Notes: generated from the sequence alone by a model not told the origin. Counted from the first letter of the stretch, positions 22,021-36,289 are shown. The stretch is 64,000 bases of DNA from Octopus sinensis (GCF_006345805.1 NC_043006.1:1922001-1986000), one strand, 5' to 3'. Program-made: numbers and translations.

Positions 22021-22265
22021 GTGGAGGCACAATGGCCCAGTGATTAGGGCAGCGGACTCATGGTTGTAGAATCGTGGTTTTGATTCTCAGACCAGGCGTT
22101 GTGAGTCTTTATTGAGCGAAAACACCTAAAGCTCCACAAGACTCCGGCAGGGGGTGGTGGCGATCCCTGCTGTACTCTTTCACCACAACTTTCTCTCACT
22201 CTTTCTTCTGTTGGCCTGCTCACTTAGCCAGTGAGGTGGCATCATTTGAAGGCTAAAACAATGCA
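22021..22265 (+). mobile_element. tRNA-derived SINE family C, 3'-truncated
   Basis: A-box-like tggcccagtgattagg and decayed B-box ggttttgattctc; tttctctcactctttctt shared with 58810. Confidence 0.6.
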
Positions 22266-22269
22266 AAGA

Positions 22270-22641
22270 AAGTTCATTTCCGGCACTTGATGCTTTGGGA
22301 ACCAGACAAAAATTGCTGCAGCTCGGCTGGGATGTGTTACCCCATCCTCCATATTCACCAGATATTGCTCCTTCGGATTTCCACTTATTCAGGTCTCTGC
22401 AGAACAGTCTTAATGGTAAAAATTTCAATTCCTTGGATGACGTAAAAAGATACCTTGATGAATTCTCTGCCATGAAACCACCTCAATTCTGGGAAGAGGA
22501 TATTTTCAAGGTAAAGGAAAGATATGAGACGCATTGTGCAACAAAATGGTTCATATTTGGTTGATTAAAGGTGTAATGGCAGGTATTTATTGACCTTTTC
22601 CTTTCCTTTAAAAATCGGCAAGAACTTTCCGGACAACCCAA
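22270..22641 (+). mobile_element. mariner transposon 3' fragment with right TIR
   Basis: LGWDVLPHPPYSPDIAPSDFHLFRSLQN; TIR gaactttccggacaacccaa followed by TA. Confidence 0.9.
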
Positions 22642-22919
22642 TATTTTGTGAACAATAGAAATATAACCAATTTATTGCTGATATATATTTTAACAACAAA
22701 ATCTTATAGGGACCCACAAGGGTCATGTGGACCCAGGTCGAGAACCACTGGGTCAGTTGGTTATATTGGCTCAAGTTCTTACTGGTACTTGTTTTACTGA
22801 CCACGAAAGGATGAAAGGCAAAGTTGACCTTGATGGGATTTGAACTCAGAATGTAAAGAGTTGGAAGAAATGCTGCACAGGATTTTACTCGACATCCTAA
22901 CAATTCTGCTTGCTGGCTG

Positions 22920-23024
22920 CTTTACTACTGCTGCTGCTGCTACTACTACTACTACTACTACTACTACTGCTACTACTGCTGCTGCTGCTGCAACTACTAC
23001 TACCAGCACCAGCACCAGCACCAG

Positions 23025-23123
<99 letters not shown>

Positions 23124-23145
23124 TAATAATAATAATGATAATAAT
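22920..23145. repeat. (CTA)n/(CTG)n/(CCAGCA)n/(TAA)n tract
   Basis: Directly visible. Confidence 0.95.
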
Positions 23146-23425
23146 CCTTTCTACTAAAGGCACAAGGCCTGAAATTTTGTGGGAGGGGACTAGTCAATTA
23201 CATCGGCCCCCAATGTGTAACTGGTACGTAATTTATTGACCTCCAAAAGGATGAAAGGCAAACTCGACCTCAGCAGAATTTGAGCTGAGACTGTAAAGAT
23301 GGACAACCCGATTCTGCCAGCTTGCCGCCATAGTAACAATACTAATCGTTTCTACTATATGCACAAGACCTGAAATTTGCGGGGAGGGGTTAAGTGAATC
23401 ACATGGAACCCAGTACTCAACCACA

Positions 23426-24037
23426 TCATCCATACTCTCAACAATGCGCCCTTAAATATGGTTTCTGATTATAAATATCTTGGGTCATACATATCATCAT
23501 CGGAAAAGACTTTCTAACAAGAAAGGGTATGGCCTGGTCAGCCTGTAATGCCATGCATAAGATCTGGTCATCAAATCTAAGTAGAGACTTCAAACTTGAA
23601 ATATTCAAAGCCACAGTCGAACCAATTCTACTATATGGCTCAGAAACCTGGACGTTATCAAAGAAGCTTGAGAGGCGGTTGGATGGAACCTACACTCGCC
23701 TCCTTATGAGAGCTCAAAATCTCTCGTGGCAGCGCCATCCAACCAAAATGCAAATATATGGGAAATTACCACCTGTATCATCTCTTGTGAAAGGTAGGAG
23801 AGTCCAGTTTGCTGGACATTGTTGTAGAGCTGAAAAAGAAGTAATTTCTACTCTTCTCCTCTGGAAGCCATCTACTCGCAACACCAGAGGGCGCACACTC
23901 TCCTACCCTGATGTAATCTCCAGGGATACAGGCATCCAGCAACAGGAACTCCGTAATGCCATGATGGACCGTGAAGTCTGGCTTAGCATGGTAAATTCCA
24001 TTGTCTCGACCACGGTCGAACAATGATGATGATGATG
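23426..24037 (+). mobile_element. RTE LINE family 2, 5'-truncated, with (GAT)n tail and 11-bp TSD
   Basis: YKYLGS...VEPILLYGSETWTL...RRVQFAGHC; TSD actcaaccaca at 23415-23425 and 24038-24048. Confidence 0.92.
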
Positions 24038-24949
24038 ACTCAACCACAAAAGGATGATGATAATAATAATAATAATAATGGACTCTCCCATTGAAGATGA
24101 TGTCTGGGCTTCAGCTTTAGCTGAATGAGCTGCCCAAGCATGGGCTGTACATTAGGTCGCTGCCTCCATCAAATTGACATTACCTGTCAGGCGTAGGTGC
24201 GTGATGTGCCACATGTCAGATGATGAAACGATCACAGAGCAACATGAGATGAAGTGTTTTGCTCAAGAACACAACACAGTGTTTGGTCTGCGGACTGAAC
24301 CCATGATCTCGTGATTGTGAGTGCAACACCCAAACCACTAGGCCACGTGCCTTCACCACCACCACAACCACTACCACCACCACAACCATCACCACTAGTC
24401 CTTTCTGTTAGAGGCACAAGGCCTGAATTTAATGGGAGGGGGATAGTCGATTACATCAAAGCCAATGTTTCACTGGTAATTAATTTATAGATACTGAAGG
24501 GATGAAAGGCAAAGTCGACCTCAGCGGAATTTGGACTCAGAACAAATAATAATAATAATAATAATAAAAAAAGAATCCTTTCTACGAAAGACTCAAGGCC
24601 TGAAAATTTTTTGGAGTGGGGAGGGGATTAAGTCGATTACATCGACCCCAGTATGCAACTGGTACTTAATTTATTGACCCTGAAAGGATGAAAGACAAAG
24701 TTGACCTCAGCAGAATTTGAACTCAGAATGTAAAGAGACGAACAAAATATCGCTAAGCATTTCACCTGGCATGCTAACAAGTCTGCTAGCTTGCTGCCTT
24801 TATAATAATAATAATAATAATAATTATCCTTTCCACTATAGGCACAAGGCAGGAAATTTTGGGGGAGGGGTTAAGTTGATTACATTGACTCGAGTAGTCA
24901 ACTGGTACTTAATTTATTGACTTCCAAAAAGATGGAAGGCAAAGTCAAC

Positions 24950-25270
24950 ATCATCATCATCATCGTTTAACGTCCATTTTCCATGCTAGCACGGGTTGGA
25001 TGGTTTGACCAGGAGGCTGCACCAGGCTCCAGTCAGATCTGGCAGTGTTTCTACAGCTGGATGCCCTTCCTAACGCCAACCACTCCGTGAGTGTAGAGGG
25101 TGCTTTTTATGTGCCACCGGCACAAGTGCCAGGGGAGGCTGGCAGCGACACGATCAGTTGGTGCTTTTTACGTGCCACCGGCACAGAAGCCAGTCGAGGC
25201 GGCGCTGGCAGCGGCTATGTTCGGATGGTGCTTTTTACGTGCCACCGGCACAGGTATCACAACTACAATT
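24950..25270 (-). mobile_element. RTE family 1 3'UTR copy
   Basis: catcatcgtttaacgtcc... reverse of 12900-13190. Confidence 0.9.
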
Positions 25271-25762
25271 TCCAACCTCGGCAGAATTTGGACTCAGAAT
25301 GTAAAGACAGACGAAATACTGCCAAGCATTTCACCCGGCGTGCTAACGACTCTACCAGCTTTATCATAATAATGATAATTACAATAATAATAATTCTTTT
25401 CACAATATCATGATTTACTGGACAAGCTGGAGAGCTTGTGCTTCTTCAGGAAGATTCTCATTGTAGTCTCATCAATGTGCCGCAGGCTTTATGATACATG
25501 ATGACAATGGCTATAGGCACAACGCCAAATTTTGTATTGGGTGGGATTGGGGGGCAAAGCCGATCACACCAACCCCAGGACTGAACTGGTGCTTATTTTA
25601 TCAACCACGAAAGGACAAAATGCAAAACCGACTTCATTGTGATTTGAATACTTTAATGGAATTTGGTAGATGAAAAAGTAAGGAAATTCATAGTAAAGGG
25701 TTATATAACTAATGACCGTTACTAGGTTTCACATTTTATTACTAAATAAGTGTTTCTTATGG

Positions 25763-25913
25763 GTGCAGGAGCGGCTGTGTGGTAAGTAGCTTGCTTACCA
25801 ACCACATGGTTCCGGGTTCAGTCCCACTGCGTGACACCTCAGGCAAGTGTCTTCTACTATAGCCTTGGGCCAACCAAAGCCTTGTGAGCGGAAACTGAAA
25901 GAAGCCTGTCGTA

Positions 25914-26012
<99 letters not shown>

Positions 26013-26215
26013 ATATGTTTATTTGTCTGTGTTTATGCCCCCCAACATCGCTTGACAACTGATGCTGGTGTGTTTATGTCTTAGCTGTTCGGCAAAAGAG
26101 ACTGATAGAATAAGTACTAGGCTTACAAAGAATAAGTCCTGGGGTCGATTTGCTCGACTAAAGGCGGTGCTGCAGCATGGCCGCAGTCAAGCGACTGAAA
26201 CAAGTAAAAGAGTAA
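25763..26215 (+). mobile_element. SINE D, full length, with internal (TA)n/(TC)n/(TG)n
   Basis: Head ggagcggctgtgtggtaag, B-box gggttcagtccc, ggcaagtgtcttct core, tail gactgaaacaagtaaaagag. Confidence 0.85.
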
Positions 26216-26681
26216 GAATCAAATCCACATCCTGTTTCTGGTTCTTGTTTGAACTCATTTCCTTTCATTAAACAAATCAGCTGCTTTTACATTTACAACT
26301 TTCCAACCGAAATGGCATTCGTTCAGGACAAACGTAAATCTCCTATTTAATGATCCTTTATAGGTTCACTGAAATACTTTTTCACAAAAAATTCTGATGT
26401 AATCGTAATCTTCTCCATCTGAAAAGTATTTGTTGAAAATTTCATTAAAATTACTCTTTTTTTTCTGGAAGTTATGAGGGAACAAAGTTGACTTGTGTGA
26501 ATTATCTCAAACTCCCTTTCCCACTTTGAAATTTTTTTTTCATAACAAAAACTGATCTTATCAGAATCAACACTATATGAAAGGTATTTGTAGAAAATTT
26601 CATTAAAAAATATCCATTTTTCTGAAAGTTATGAGGAAACAAAGTCAGCGTGTGTAGGAAGCGCAATTGTATAGGTATACC

Positions 26682-26980
26682 CAGTGGCAGACTGGGTCTA
26701 AAATATCGGTTGCTAGGAGACTAAGGGGTCCACTCGCAACTACAATGCTACCATTTATTTATTTATTTTTTTGCTTTGCTTTGTTAAAAAGTATTCTTTT
26801 CTGTCTACAAACACAGCCAGGCAGAAATAATTAATGCATTCTTCCAGGAGTGAATAAAAATTGTCAAACTTTCCGGGATGGGCCACTTAGATAATAACAT
26901 GGGCCCCCATATATTGATTCTAAAGGTGCAAGGGCTCACTTGCCACCGGGCAAGTCGGCAACCTGGCAAGTCCGCCACTG
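26682..26980. mobile_element. hAT-type MITE
   Basis: 12-bp TIR cagtggc(a/g)gact; 8-bp TSD ggtatacc/ggtatatc. Confidence 0.75.
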
Positions 26981-29159
26981 GGTATATCGATTTTATGATG
27001 TTATTGCTGTTTCCTCCCTGGGTAGTTATGATCACGCCGACCTACAATCAGCTCTCACCAACCTATCTTTTGTTCAGTATTTTTAGTATTGCATTATCTT
27101 GAGTACGATCTGATTTGAAAGAAGATTTCGCTACGATTTCTAGCAGGGCGAGAGACCGCATAGAAGTTTCATCGCTGGCTCACTGATTTGTTCCGGTAAC
27201 TTACAATCAGAGAAGCTAACGAGAGTCTTGGCAGTATTACTTTCAGAGAAAACACGGAAGACAGCTTCAACGAGTTTTGCATCCTACATATCAGCTTTGA
27301 ATGAACAGGTATCTATGATCAACGGGACATTCCAGTGGTGACCACTCCGCCATTCCCTCGGGCATTTTGCAGCTATGACTACAGAATATTAATGTGTCCG
27401 CTTTTTCATGACGGTTCTCTATAATTTGGCTTCTATTTAATGAGGAACTACAAAGAATCATCTCGGACGTTGACCCGTCTCCATTTAAGGGACCCCGCCT
27501 CTCTCTCCCTCTCGCTCTGTGGCAAATAAATAATTTACGAAAAAGGTTCACAGCACCAACACTTTTTTGAGTGTAACGAGAATATTAAATCAGGGGCCTG
27601 CATTCATTGTTGTTGTTGTTGTTATTATATAAGTTATTCACGAGAAGAAGAGGAGGAGGAGGGGCAATGACCTTTACAGCAGTTCCCTCTTGTCTAATAA
27701 ATTTACGACTGTGTTTGCCCCACACTTCCTCTATTTTCGTGGCCGTGTTTTCTCTTATCACGGGTTATTGTTTATGGAGGCTCAAACAGTCAGCGATGCA
27801 GTTATTTCTACCACATTGCTGAAGTTCTTTCCTTTATTTTCCTCACTGATCTGACGACAGTGAGGGGCGTGGGGGGAGCGTACCTCAGTCACATGTAAGC
27901 CATAACCATCAGGCAACGAGCCAACGTTAAGAGCCTCTCTGTAGTCGCTAGAAACAGCAGCTAAATCCCATTCATATCACGCCCTACCGTACAACGGTGG
28001 TGGGGAACGAGAGAACACATTGATCAACGAGGTCCTACGTAGTATTCCGACGACCAGATGGAATGCCTTTGACCGTAGGTATTTCCATTTGGCTTCGAAT
28101 GAGTGGGGCAAAGCGATAACAAGTAAGAAACATGAGATGTCCATTAGCGCAAAAGGTAGGGGTTGGTCGTCCCGATGGCTGGAACAATAACATCAGAGAA
28201 GCACCACCAGCGATTGTTCTCCGCGTATTCTTGGCTTTGCAAATACAAACCTTCGCCTGCATCTTTCCTTCCAGCAAACCGTCTCTTTGTAATAAGAAAA
28301 CATAATAACAATAATAACCATCATCATCATCTAAAAGTAATCTTCATCATTATTATAAAAATACAAATAAACAAAACATCGTTATTATTATTATTATTAT
28401 TATTGTTATTATTTCTTCTTCTCGTTGAAGCATTTATTATTATTTTCTATAATATTTACAAAATAGAACAAGATGCGTGCAAGGGGGGGGGGGGGCGAAA
28501 CGCAACACACATATGGGGGGGGGGTGGAGACGTGGTGATGGAATATTATAGGTTTTTGTTAATAATAATCCTTTAGTTATTCTCGAAAATTGAGATTCAC
28601 ATTAAAACATTTTGCGCACGATTCAGAGCTGACGAACGAAGAGGAAAAAGCCTGTAACTGTTCTACTCTAGTCACACACACACACACACACATATATATA
28701 TACACACGCACATATACATATACGTTCGTATACATGCATACGTACACATACGTGCTCTCTTTCTCTCTGCCTTCGCCTCAGAGCAGCTGCTATGATATTG
28801 TGATGCTAGCTTCAATAAAATACATCTATGTGTAAGCGTGCACAGAAGCTTATATTAACAGACGAAGCAACCAAGCACATGCACACATATATACGCACAC
28901 ACACATGCACACATATATACGCACACACATATACGCACACACATGCACACATATATACGCACACACACATGCACATACGTACAACGTAGACGAACGTATA
29001 CGCAAGGTGCGCGCGCGTGTGTACGCATACGCAAAAGATACATACATAGTAAGAAGATCAAGATAGGAGTCGAGGTAGGAGGAAATAGATTAGAGAGAGC
29101 AGGAGGCAGGAGGGGGAAGGGAGATTAAGAGTGAGAAGGAAAGCGCGAGCACGAGCGTA

Positions 29160-29268
29160 TAGCAGTAGGATTTCTCCATTCATAGAAAACCTTGTGTCCT
29201 CGCCTCATCTATCCGACTTCATGTTTTCTACAAGCTTACTACAGCTATGACTCTTAAAAAAGGTAAGT
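29160..29268 (+). promoter_or_regulatory. Candidate first exon ending in a consensus donor (ATG ACT CTT AAA AAA G|GTAAGT)
   Basis: Perfect AAG|GTAAGT at 29260-29268 in a CpG-rich zone; no downstream exon identified. Confidence 0.3.
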
Positions 29269-29640
29269 GATCCATTCTCAGAATTTAGAATAACAGGCTG
29301 CCAACTCTTGCAACGAATTCCTCGATTTCGAATGACCAAACTCAAACAAGGCTTTCCAAATAAATTCATTTTTTTTCTTCACTCATTTATTTTCTACTCT
29401 CATTGCAAATTTCGAGAAATACCAATTCTTCTCAATTTTACCTTTTTAGAGGAATTTCAATTTTGTGGCTTTCGTTCTTATTGAAGCTCCCTTTGTTTAT
29501 GAAATGCCTCCGAAATGTAATTCTCTTCTTCAGAGATTTTTATTAACAAGCATTCAGAAACCTTGTAATCAAACATTATAGATATGCAGGTGCTTTCTTA
29601 TTCAACTTCGACTCCCTACTATATACGTGTGCATATATAG

Positions 29641-29678
<38 letters not shown>

Positions 29679-30187
29679 TATATATATTTATGTGTCTGTT
29701 ATTTGAGATATAGGTAAGAATTTTACCTAAAATACCAGCACTAAAAATCTCCAAAACACGACAAGTGCGGTCACATGAACCCCACCGTCTTACGTAAAAA
29801 AAGGACATGTTTGATAACGACAGTCTGGGTACCCTACACGGAAAAAAAACCCCGATGAGACGGTCACGGATAGAAACCATTTGATGATAGGTTTGCTCCG
29901 CTAGGAACTAACCTACAGATACACAACAATGTGTTAATGTTTATCTATCAATAGATAATATACTCTCGCATATTAGCCTTGAAACACACACTAATACATA
30001 CATACACGCACACGTGGGTGTGTGTATATGTATGTATATATTATGATGTATATATATAAACATACATATATACACGTGTCTAATATATGTATAAATCATC
30101 TGTGTATATATGTGTATTCTATATATATAGTTTATATGTATATGAGTGCATATTTCTGCAGGTACAGTAGTGTATATATGCATACAT

Positions 30188-30220
<33 letters not shown>

Positions 30221-30222
30221 CA

Positions 30223-30283
<61 letters not shown>

Positions 30284-30944
30284 GATACGTAAGTTTATAT
30301 AATAAGCGTAATATCTCATCATCATCATCATCGTATTCATTTTGCATCCATTTTCCATGCTGGTATAGGTAAAACAGATCATAGCTGCTTTCTTTGATTG
30401 GAGAACCATATTTTAGTTGTAAGTTTCATTTTTGACCTGGTTTTTATAGTAGGATGCACTTCGTAACATCAACCAATTTGTTGTGTACAAGGAGCACAGA
30501 GCTAAAAAGCCCTTCCAGTACCCCACTCAGCTGGGTCTACTGGGTGCAGTTTATTATAAATGCCAGCACAGTTAGCAAGAGATGAATAAACGGTGAGAGA
30601 GAATGATGGATGCCCATATGAAATGGTCAAAAGGAGTCTAGGTGAAGCTAATGAGGTACATCTCTACGTCTAATGCTGTCCCTTACGTGTGTCTGCCGCA
30701 GAACGGATAAGAGAGCTAGGGTGATAAGGGTGCGAGATGGAGGTTCTAGATTGTTGGAGGGAGGGCCACATACGTTGTTGGTATCCCCCAAGTTGCACTG
30801 GAAGTAATCTTGTACGAGCAGACCTCCGCTCCTATCCTTAGTCATAGCAAAGTGAGAAGAGGAGAGAATGAGCAAAAGATGAGTAATAGGGGTAAGGTGT
30901 ATATTTATATATATGTGTGTAATATATTGCCTTGTTTCAACCAT

Positions 30945-31123
30945 TGCACTTAGGCCATGCTGGAGCATCACCTTGAAGGTTTTTTTCTTTTTGTTTTTAG
31001 CCGATCAGGTTGATTCCAATACTTATTTTAAGTCTGATATTAATTTTCTCGATATATTTTTTGCTGTATTGCCAAACTATGAGGATGTAAGTAAACCTAC
31101 ACTGGTTGTCAAATGGATCTATA

Positions 31124-31159
<36 letters not shown>

Positions 31160-31367
31160 TTTTACATGTTTCAGTCATATGACTGTGGCCATGCTGGAGC
31201 ACTGCCTTAAAGGGTTTTAGTCGAGGAAATTTACCTCAGGATTTATTCTTTGTAAATCTAGTACTTATTCTATTGGTCTCTTTTGACAAACCGCTAAGTT
31301 ACAGGGACGTAAACACACTAACACCAGTTGTCAGTCGGTGATGAGGGGGACAAATTCAGACACATAG

Positions 31368-31408
<41 letters not shown>

Positions 31409-31555
31409 ATGGGTTTCTTTCAGTTTCCGTCTACTAAATCTACTCACAAGGCTTTGATTGGCCTGAGGCTATGGTAGAAGACACTTGCCCGAGGTGCCAC
31501 ACAGTGGGACTGAACCCAGAACCATGTGGCTAGGAAGCAAGCTTCTTACCACACA
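30945..31555 (-). mobile_element. Two SINE D copies (partial + full)
   Basis: ggccatgctggagca..., ctagtacttattctattggtctc, gaagacacttgcccgagg. Confidence 0.8.
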
Positions 31556-31569
31556 GCATGTATGTGTTT

Positions 31570-32480
31570 TGGTACCCTCAAGAAAATGGCCTTCCTTACT
31601 CAGTATGCAGGAAAAGGAACAGGTAGCATCTCCATTTACTCTGTCCAATGTAAACAATGGACACATGATGATGAGCAATGGAATGAGAAACAGGCTGAAG
31701 TGAAGGCAAGTTTCACATGTGGCAGATGCACTGGTGGAAGACACATTAAGGGCACACTGGACATAGACCCTTTTTTTATATGCTAGGCTGCTTACTGGAA
31801 GTAGTCAGTAGTTTATGTTACATGAATGATATAAGTGAGGAAATATGTATGTTAGGTAGTATAGAAGCTAGGGTAAGAACAGGGTGGAAAAAGTTCAGAG
31901 CTGGCAGAAACGTTAGCACGCCAGGCGAAATGCGTAGCCGTATTACATCTGCTGTTACGTTCTGGGTTCAAATTCCGCCGAGGTCAACTTTGCCTTTCAT
32001 CCTTTCGGGGTCGATAAATTAAGTACCAGTTACGCACTGGGGTCGATGTAATCGACTTAATCCGTTTGTCTGTCCTTGTTTGTCCCCTCTGTGTTTAGCC
32101 CCTTTTGGGTAGTAAAGAAATATATTACCTCTGCTGGTAACAGTCTTCTCCCTCGGAGTGATGGACAGATTGTATGACGTTTGTATTAGAACAGCACCGC
32201 TGCAGTGTGTGGGCATTAAATGCCAGGGAACCTGTGAAGGTGAGAAAGAATGAAGCAAGTATGCGTTGATAGATGTGTGATGTTATTGTGCACGAAGACC
32301 AGGACAGGTATGAGCTGAGAGAGACACTGGGAAGAAGGGGAATTGGATGCAATGTGTAAAACAGAAAGCTGTTAGCATAGAGAAGTGCTGAGCTGCCACA
32401 GTAAATGGGGCCAGTGGAAGAGAGAGGCCTAGGAAGATTTGGAATGAAGTAATGAAGACTGATCTAGAGTCAGTAGTGTC
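31570..32480 (+). mobile_element. Old RTE ORF2 fragments (PHD/RT end) interrupted by SINE A at 31903-32120
   Basis: Decayed ...SISIYSVQCKQWTH...FTCGRCTG and GRPRKIWNEVMKTDL. Confidence 0.7.
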
Positions 32481-33468
32481 ACATGGTGGTGTAAAAGATT
32501 TGATCACCTACGGCAAAAACATACGTGAGGATAATATTTAGAAGCTGAGATATTTTCTACCCTGCAAAGCTTATAACCTGCTACCCCTTCCTATTTTACA
32601 CCCTTATCTCCCCTTCTATCTTTTATCCACCCTTCTCACTCATAGAACACCATGTCTCATCTCTCCAACACTTGTGCTAAGAGCACCATCCTTATCACTC
32701 TTCCTTGTCACCCTGACTTCCTCATCCATCTGTGATGGATGAGGAATCTCTTATTCATAAGAGACTGCATCAGACTACCTTCATTCTTCTACCATATACA
32801 CTATGTCTTTGACCTGTATTACCAACCACCATCTCTCTTTCTCCTCTCTAAGCCATTTCTCTAGCAACACATCACTTTGTCTTACTTCTAGCTTCTCTCC
32901 TTAACTCCATCTGAACTACTCTGGGCCACCTCTGCTGCCACATGTCACCTCTTACCTTTATCTCATCATCAACCCCTTAACTTTGTCCATCTCAGCTGAT
33001 GTCTGTTACGCCCCTCCTGATTACACATCAAAGAACCCTGCTTTTGCATCGTACCCCTGCTCCTTTCACCCACCCATTCTTGCCCCCCCTGATGTCATCA
33101 CTCTCTCTCTTCTAGTTTTTCCTGGCCACATGGGTCAGTATGACTGGCCTGTTCTTTTTGTTTTGTTTTTTGCATATTCTCTAAACTTAGACTCGTGTTC
33201 TTCTCATCCATGTCTAGAAAGGGCATTCAAGCATTGAAACCAAGCTAAATGACATGTATGAGCACCAGTTTATGGCTCCCATTAACACATGACTCAAACT
33301 GTGTTGACCCATCCAACACATGGAAAAGGAATGTACAGTGATATATATGTGTGTGTGTGTGTGTGTGTGTATACACACGTATATACACCATCATCATCAT
33401 CTTATATTTTGTATGTACTTATATATATATATATATATATGTGTCTGTGAAGGCACATGGCCTAGTTG

Positions 33469-34672
33469 TCATCATCATCATCATCATCGTCGTTTAACGT
33501 CCGTTCTCCATGCTAGCATGGGTTGGACGGTTCGACCGGGGTTCTGGGAAGCCAGAAGGCTGCACCAGGCTCCAGTCTAATTTGGCAATGTTTCTACAGC
33601 TGGATGCCCTTCCTAATGCCAACCACTCCGTGAGTGTAGTGGGTGCTTTTTACGTGCCACCTGCACAGGTGCCAGGCGGGGCTGGCAACGGCCACGGTCA
33701 GATTGGTGTATTTTATGTGCCACCGGCACGGAAGCCAGTCGAGGCGGTGCTGGCATCGGCCACGAGTCGGATAGTGCTTTTTACGTACCACCAGACCAGG
33801 GATCCTGGCTGGTTCAATTCGATTTCGATTTCGCTTGCCCCAACATGTCTTCACAAGCAAAGGGGGTTGGCAAGGGTGCCTGTCGTACGGTCGCATTGGA
33901 GTATTTTACGTGCCACGGCCACGAGTCGGATAGTGCTTTTTACGTACCACCAGACCAGGGATCCTGGCTGGTTCAATTCGATTTCGATTTCGCTTGCCCC
34001 AACATGTCTTCACAAGCAAAGGGGGTTGGCATGGTGCCTGTCGTACGGTCGCATTGGAGTATTTTACGTGCCACGGCCCCGAGTCGGATAGTGCTTTTTA
34101 CGTACCACCAGGCCAGGGATCCTGGCTGGTTCAATTCGGTTTCGATTTCGATTTCGCTTGCCCCAACATGTCTTCGCAAGCATGGGGGGTTGAGATGGGT
34201 GTCTGTCGTCGGATGAGGTTCTATATCGACTTCGCTTGCCTCAACCGGTCTTTGTGTCCAAGGGAGGAAAGGCATTCATAAGTGGGCTGGGCTCACTTGT
34301 CCTGCCTGGTCTTCTCACGTACAGAATATTTCCAAAGGTCTCGGTCTCTGGTCATTTCCTCAGTGAGGCCTAAAGTTCGAAGGTCGTGCTTCACCACCTC
34401 GTCCCAGGTTTTCCTGGGTCTACCTCTTCCACGGGTTCCCTCAACTGCTAGGGATTGGCACTTTCTCACACACCTATCTTCATCCATTCTCGCCACATGA
34501 CCATACCAGCGCAATCGTCTCTCTTGCACACCACAACTGATGCTTCTTAGGTACAACATTTCTCTCAAGGTGCTAACGCTCTGTCGAGTATGTACACTGA
34601 CATTACACATCCATCGGAGCATACTGGCTTCATTCCTCACGAGCTTACGCATGTCCTCAGCAGTCACGGCCC
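33469..34672 (-). mobile_element. RTE family 1 3' 1.2 kb with expanded 3'UTR
   Basis: ORF 34293..34682 nearly identical to the end of 11489..12661; ~159-bp unit repeated ~2.6 times. Confidence 0.93.
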
Positions 34673-34679
34673 AGTTGAA

Positions 34680-36251
34680 CAAATTGACTCCAGGACTTTT
34701 TTTTTAAGGCTAGTACTTATTCTATCAATCTCTTTTGCCAAACTCCTAAGTTACAGTGATGTAAACATACCAACACCGAATGTCAAGCAGTGATGGGGGA
34801 ACACACACACACACACATATATATATATGTATACACAACGGGCTTTTTTCAGTTTCTGTCTACCAAATCCACTCACAAGTCTTTGCTTGGCCTGAGGCGA
34901 CAGTAGAAGACACTTACCCAAGGAACCATGCAGTGGCACTGAGTTCAGAGCCATATGGTTGGGAAGCAAGCTTACCACACAGCCTCACCCGTGCCTATAT
35001 ATATATATACATGTGCATCATGGTCTTCAATTTCATCATTTGATATCTGGCCTCCATGCTGACATGGGTTGGGCAGTTTGGCAAGATTTGGGAAGTTGCA
35101 GGATGGTGTTGTGCACCAATTTCTACTTTGGCACGGTTCCCACAGCTGCATGTCCTATATGTAATGGGTTGAACATTCCACTCACATTTGTACCCATAAT
35201 GTATGTGCTCCGGCACAGTCAGTGTGGCACACTGCTTGATTAGGCTGTACATTTTGAATCATGTGTATAATCCATCTAATTGGCTTCTGTATAGTTTCCA
35301 TTTACCCAAATCCACTCACAAAGTATAAGTTGATCTAAGTCTATAGAAAATGTCATTTGCCCAAGATGTCACTTAGTGTTTGAAATTGGAATCTTGTGGT
35401 TTACGAAGTGAGCTTCTAGGCCATCCTGCACTGCATATAATGTATTTATGTATTACATATGTGCATGTGTGTGTGTGTGTGTGTATGTCAGCTGACGCTT
35501 GGCAGACTCAAATTAATCCGTCATGGGTCGGTCGACCAACACATTGGAATGTAACTCCTGTCTGGAATATTCTCCCCTGATGAAATATCCAATTAACCAG
35601 TTTCAATATGAAAATCTTAAATCAATTTGATTTAATTTAATTTCTTTGAATTAATTGACTATGAAACGGCTGTAGGGGTAAGAATTTCATATATTCCTAA
35701 TTAATATAATTACCCTTAATCATTGATGAAACACTAATGTATTTAGTTTTTCACTGAACACTGTTAAAAACTGGAGAACTAGGATGCAAACATTCCTAAA
35801 AGGGTTTTAGGTCCTTGGCATAATTATATATCATCATCATCATCATTTAATGTCTGTTGACCATGCTGGCATGGGTTGGACAGTTTGACCAACGCTGGTA
35901 AGCTGGAAGGCTGCACCAGGCTCCAATCTGATTTGGCATGGTTTTCTACAGTTGAATGCCCTTCATATATATATCTATCTATCTTTCTTTCTTTCATCTT
36001 TTACTTGTTTCAGTCGTTAAACTGTGACCATGCTGGGGCACTGCCTTCGAAAGGTTTAGCTGAACAAATCAACCCCAGTACGTTTATTTTTAAAAGTACT
36101 TTATTTTATCAGTTTCTTTTTGCTGAACTGACTATGTTACTGTACAGGGTTGTAAATAAACCAACACCAGTTGTCAACAAGCAGTGGTGGGGGACAAACA
36201 CAAACACACATAGATATATGCACACACACACACACACATATGTATGTAGGC

Positions 36252-36289
<38 letters not shown>

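Larger units (their letters stand above)
22765..25360 (-). mobile_element. Cluster of minus-strand SINE A copies and fragments (~22765-22925, 23160-23330, 24410-24545, 24590-24800, 24840-24950, 25275-25360)
   Basis: Repeated aaaggatgaaaggcaaagt(c/t)gacctc.gc.gaatttgaactcag. Confidence 0.8.

Noticed and set aside
22794-23239. Poly-L/T/S/N/I ORFs
   Set aside because: Microsatellite artefacts
28035-28277. ORF in the CpG-rich zone
   Set aside because: Partly overlaps repeat family E; no recognisable motif or splice support
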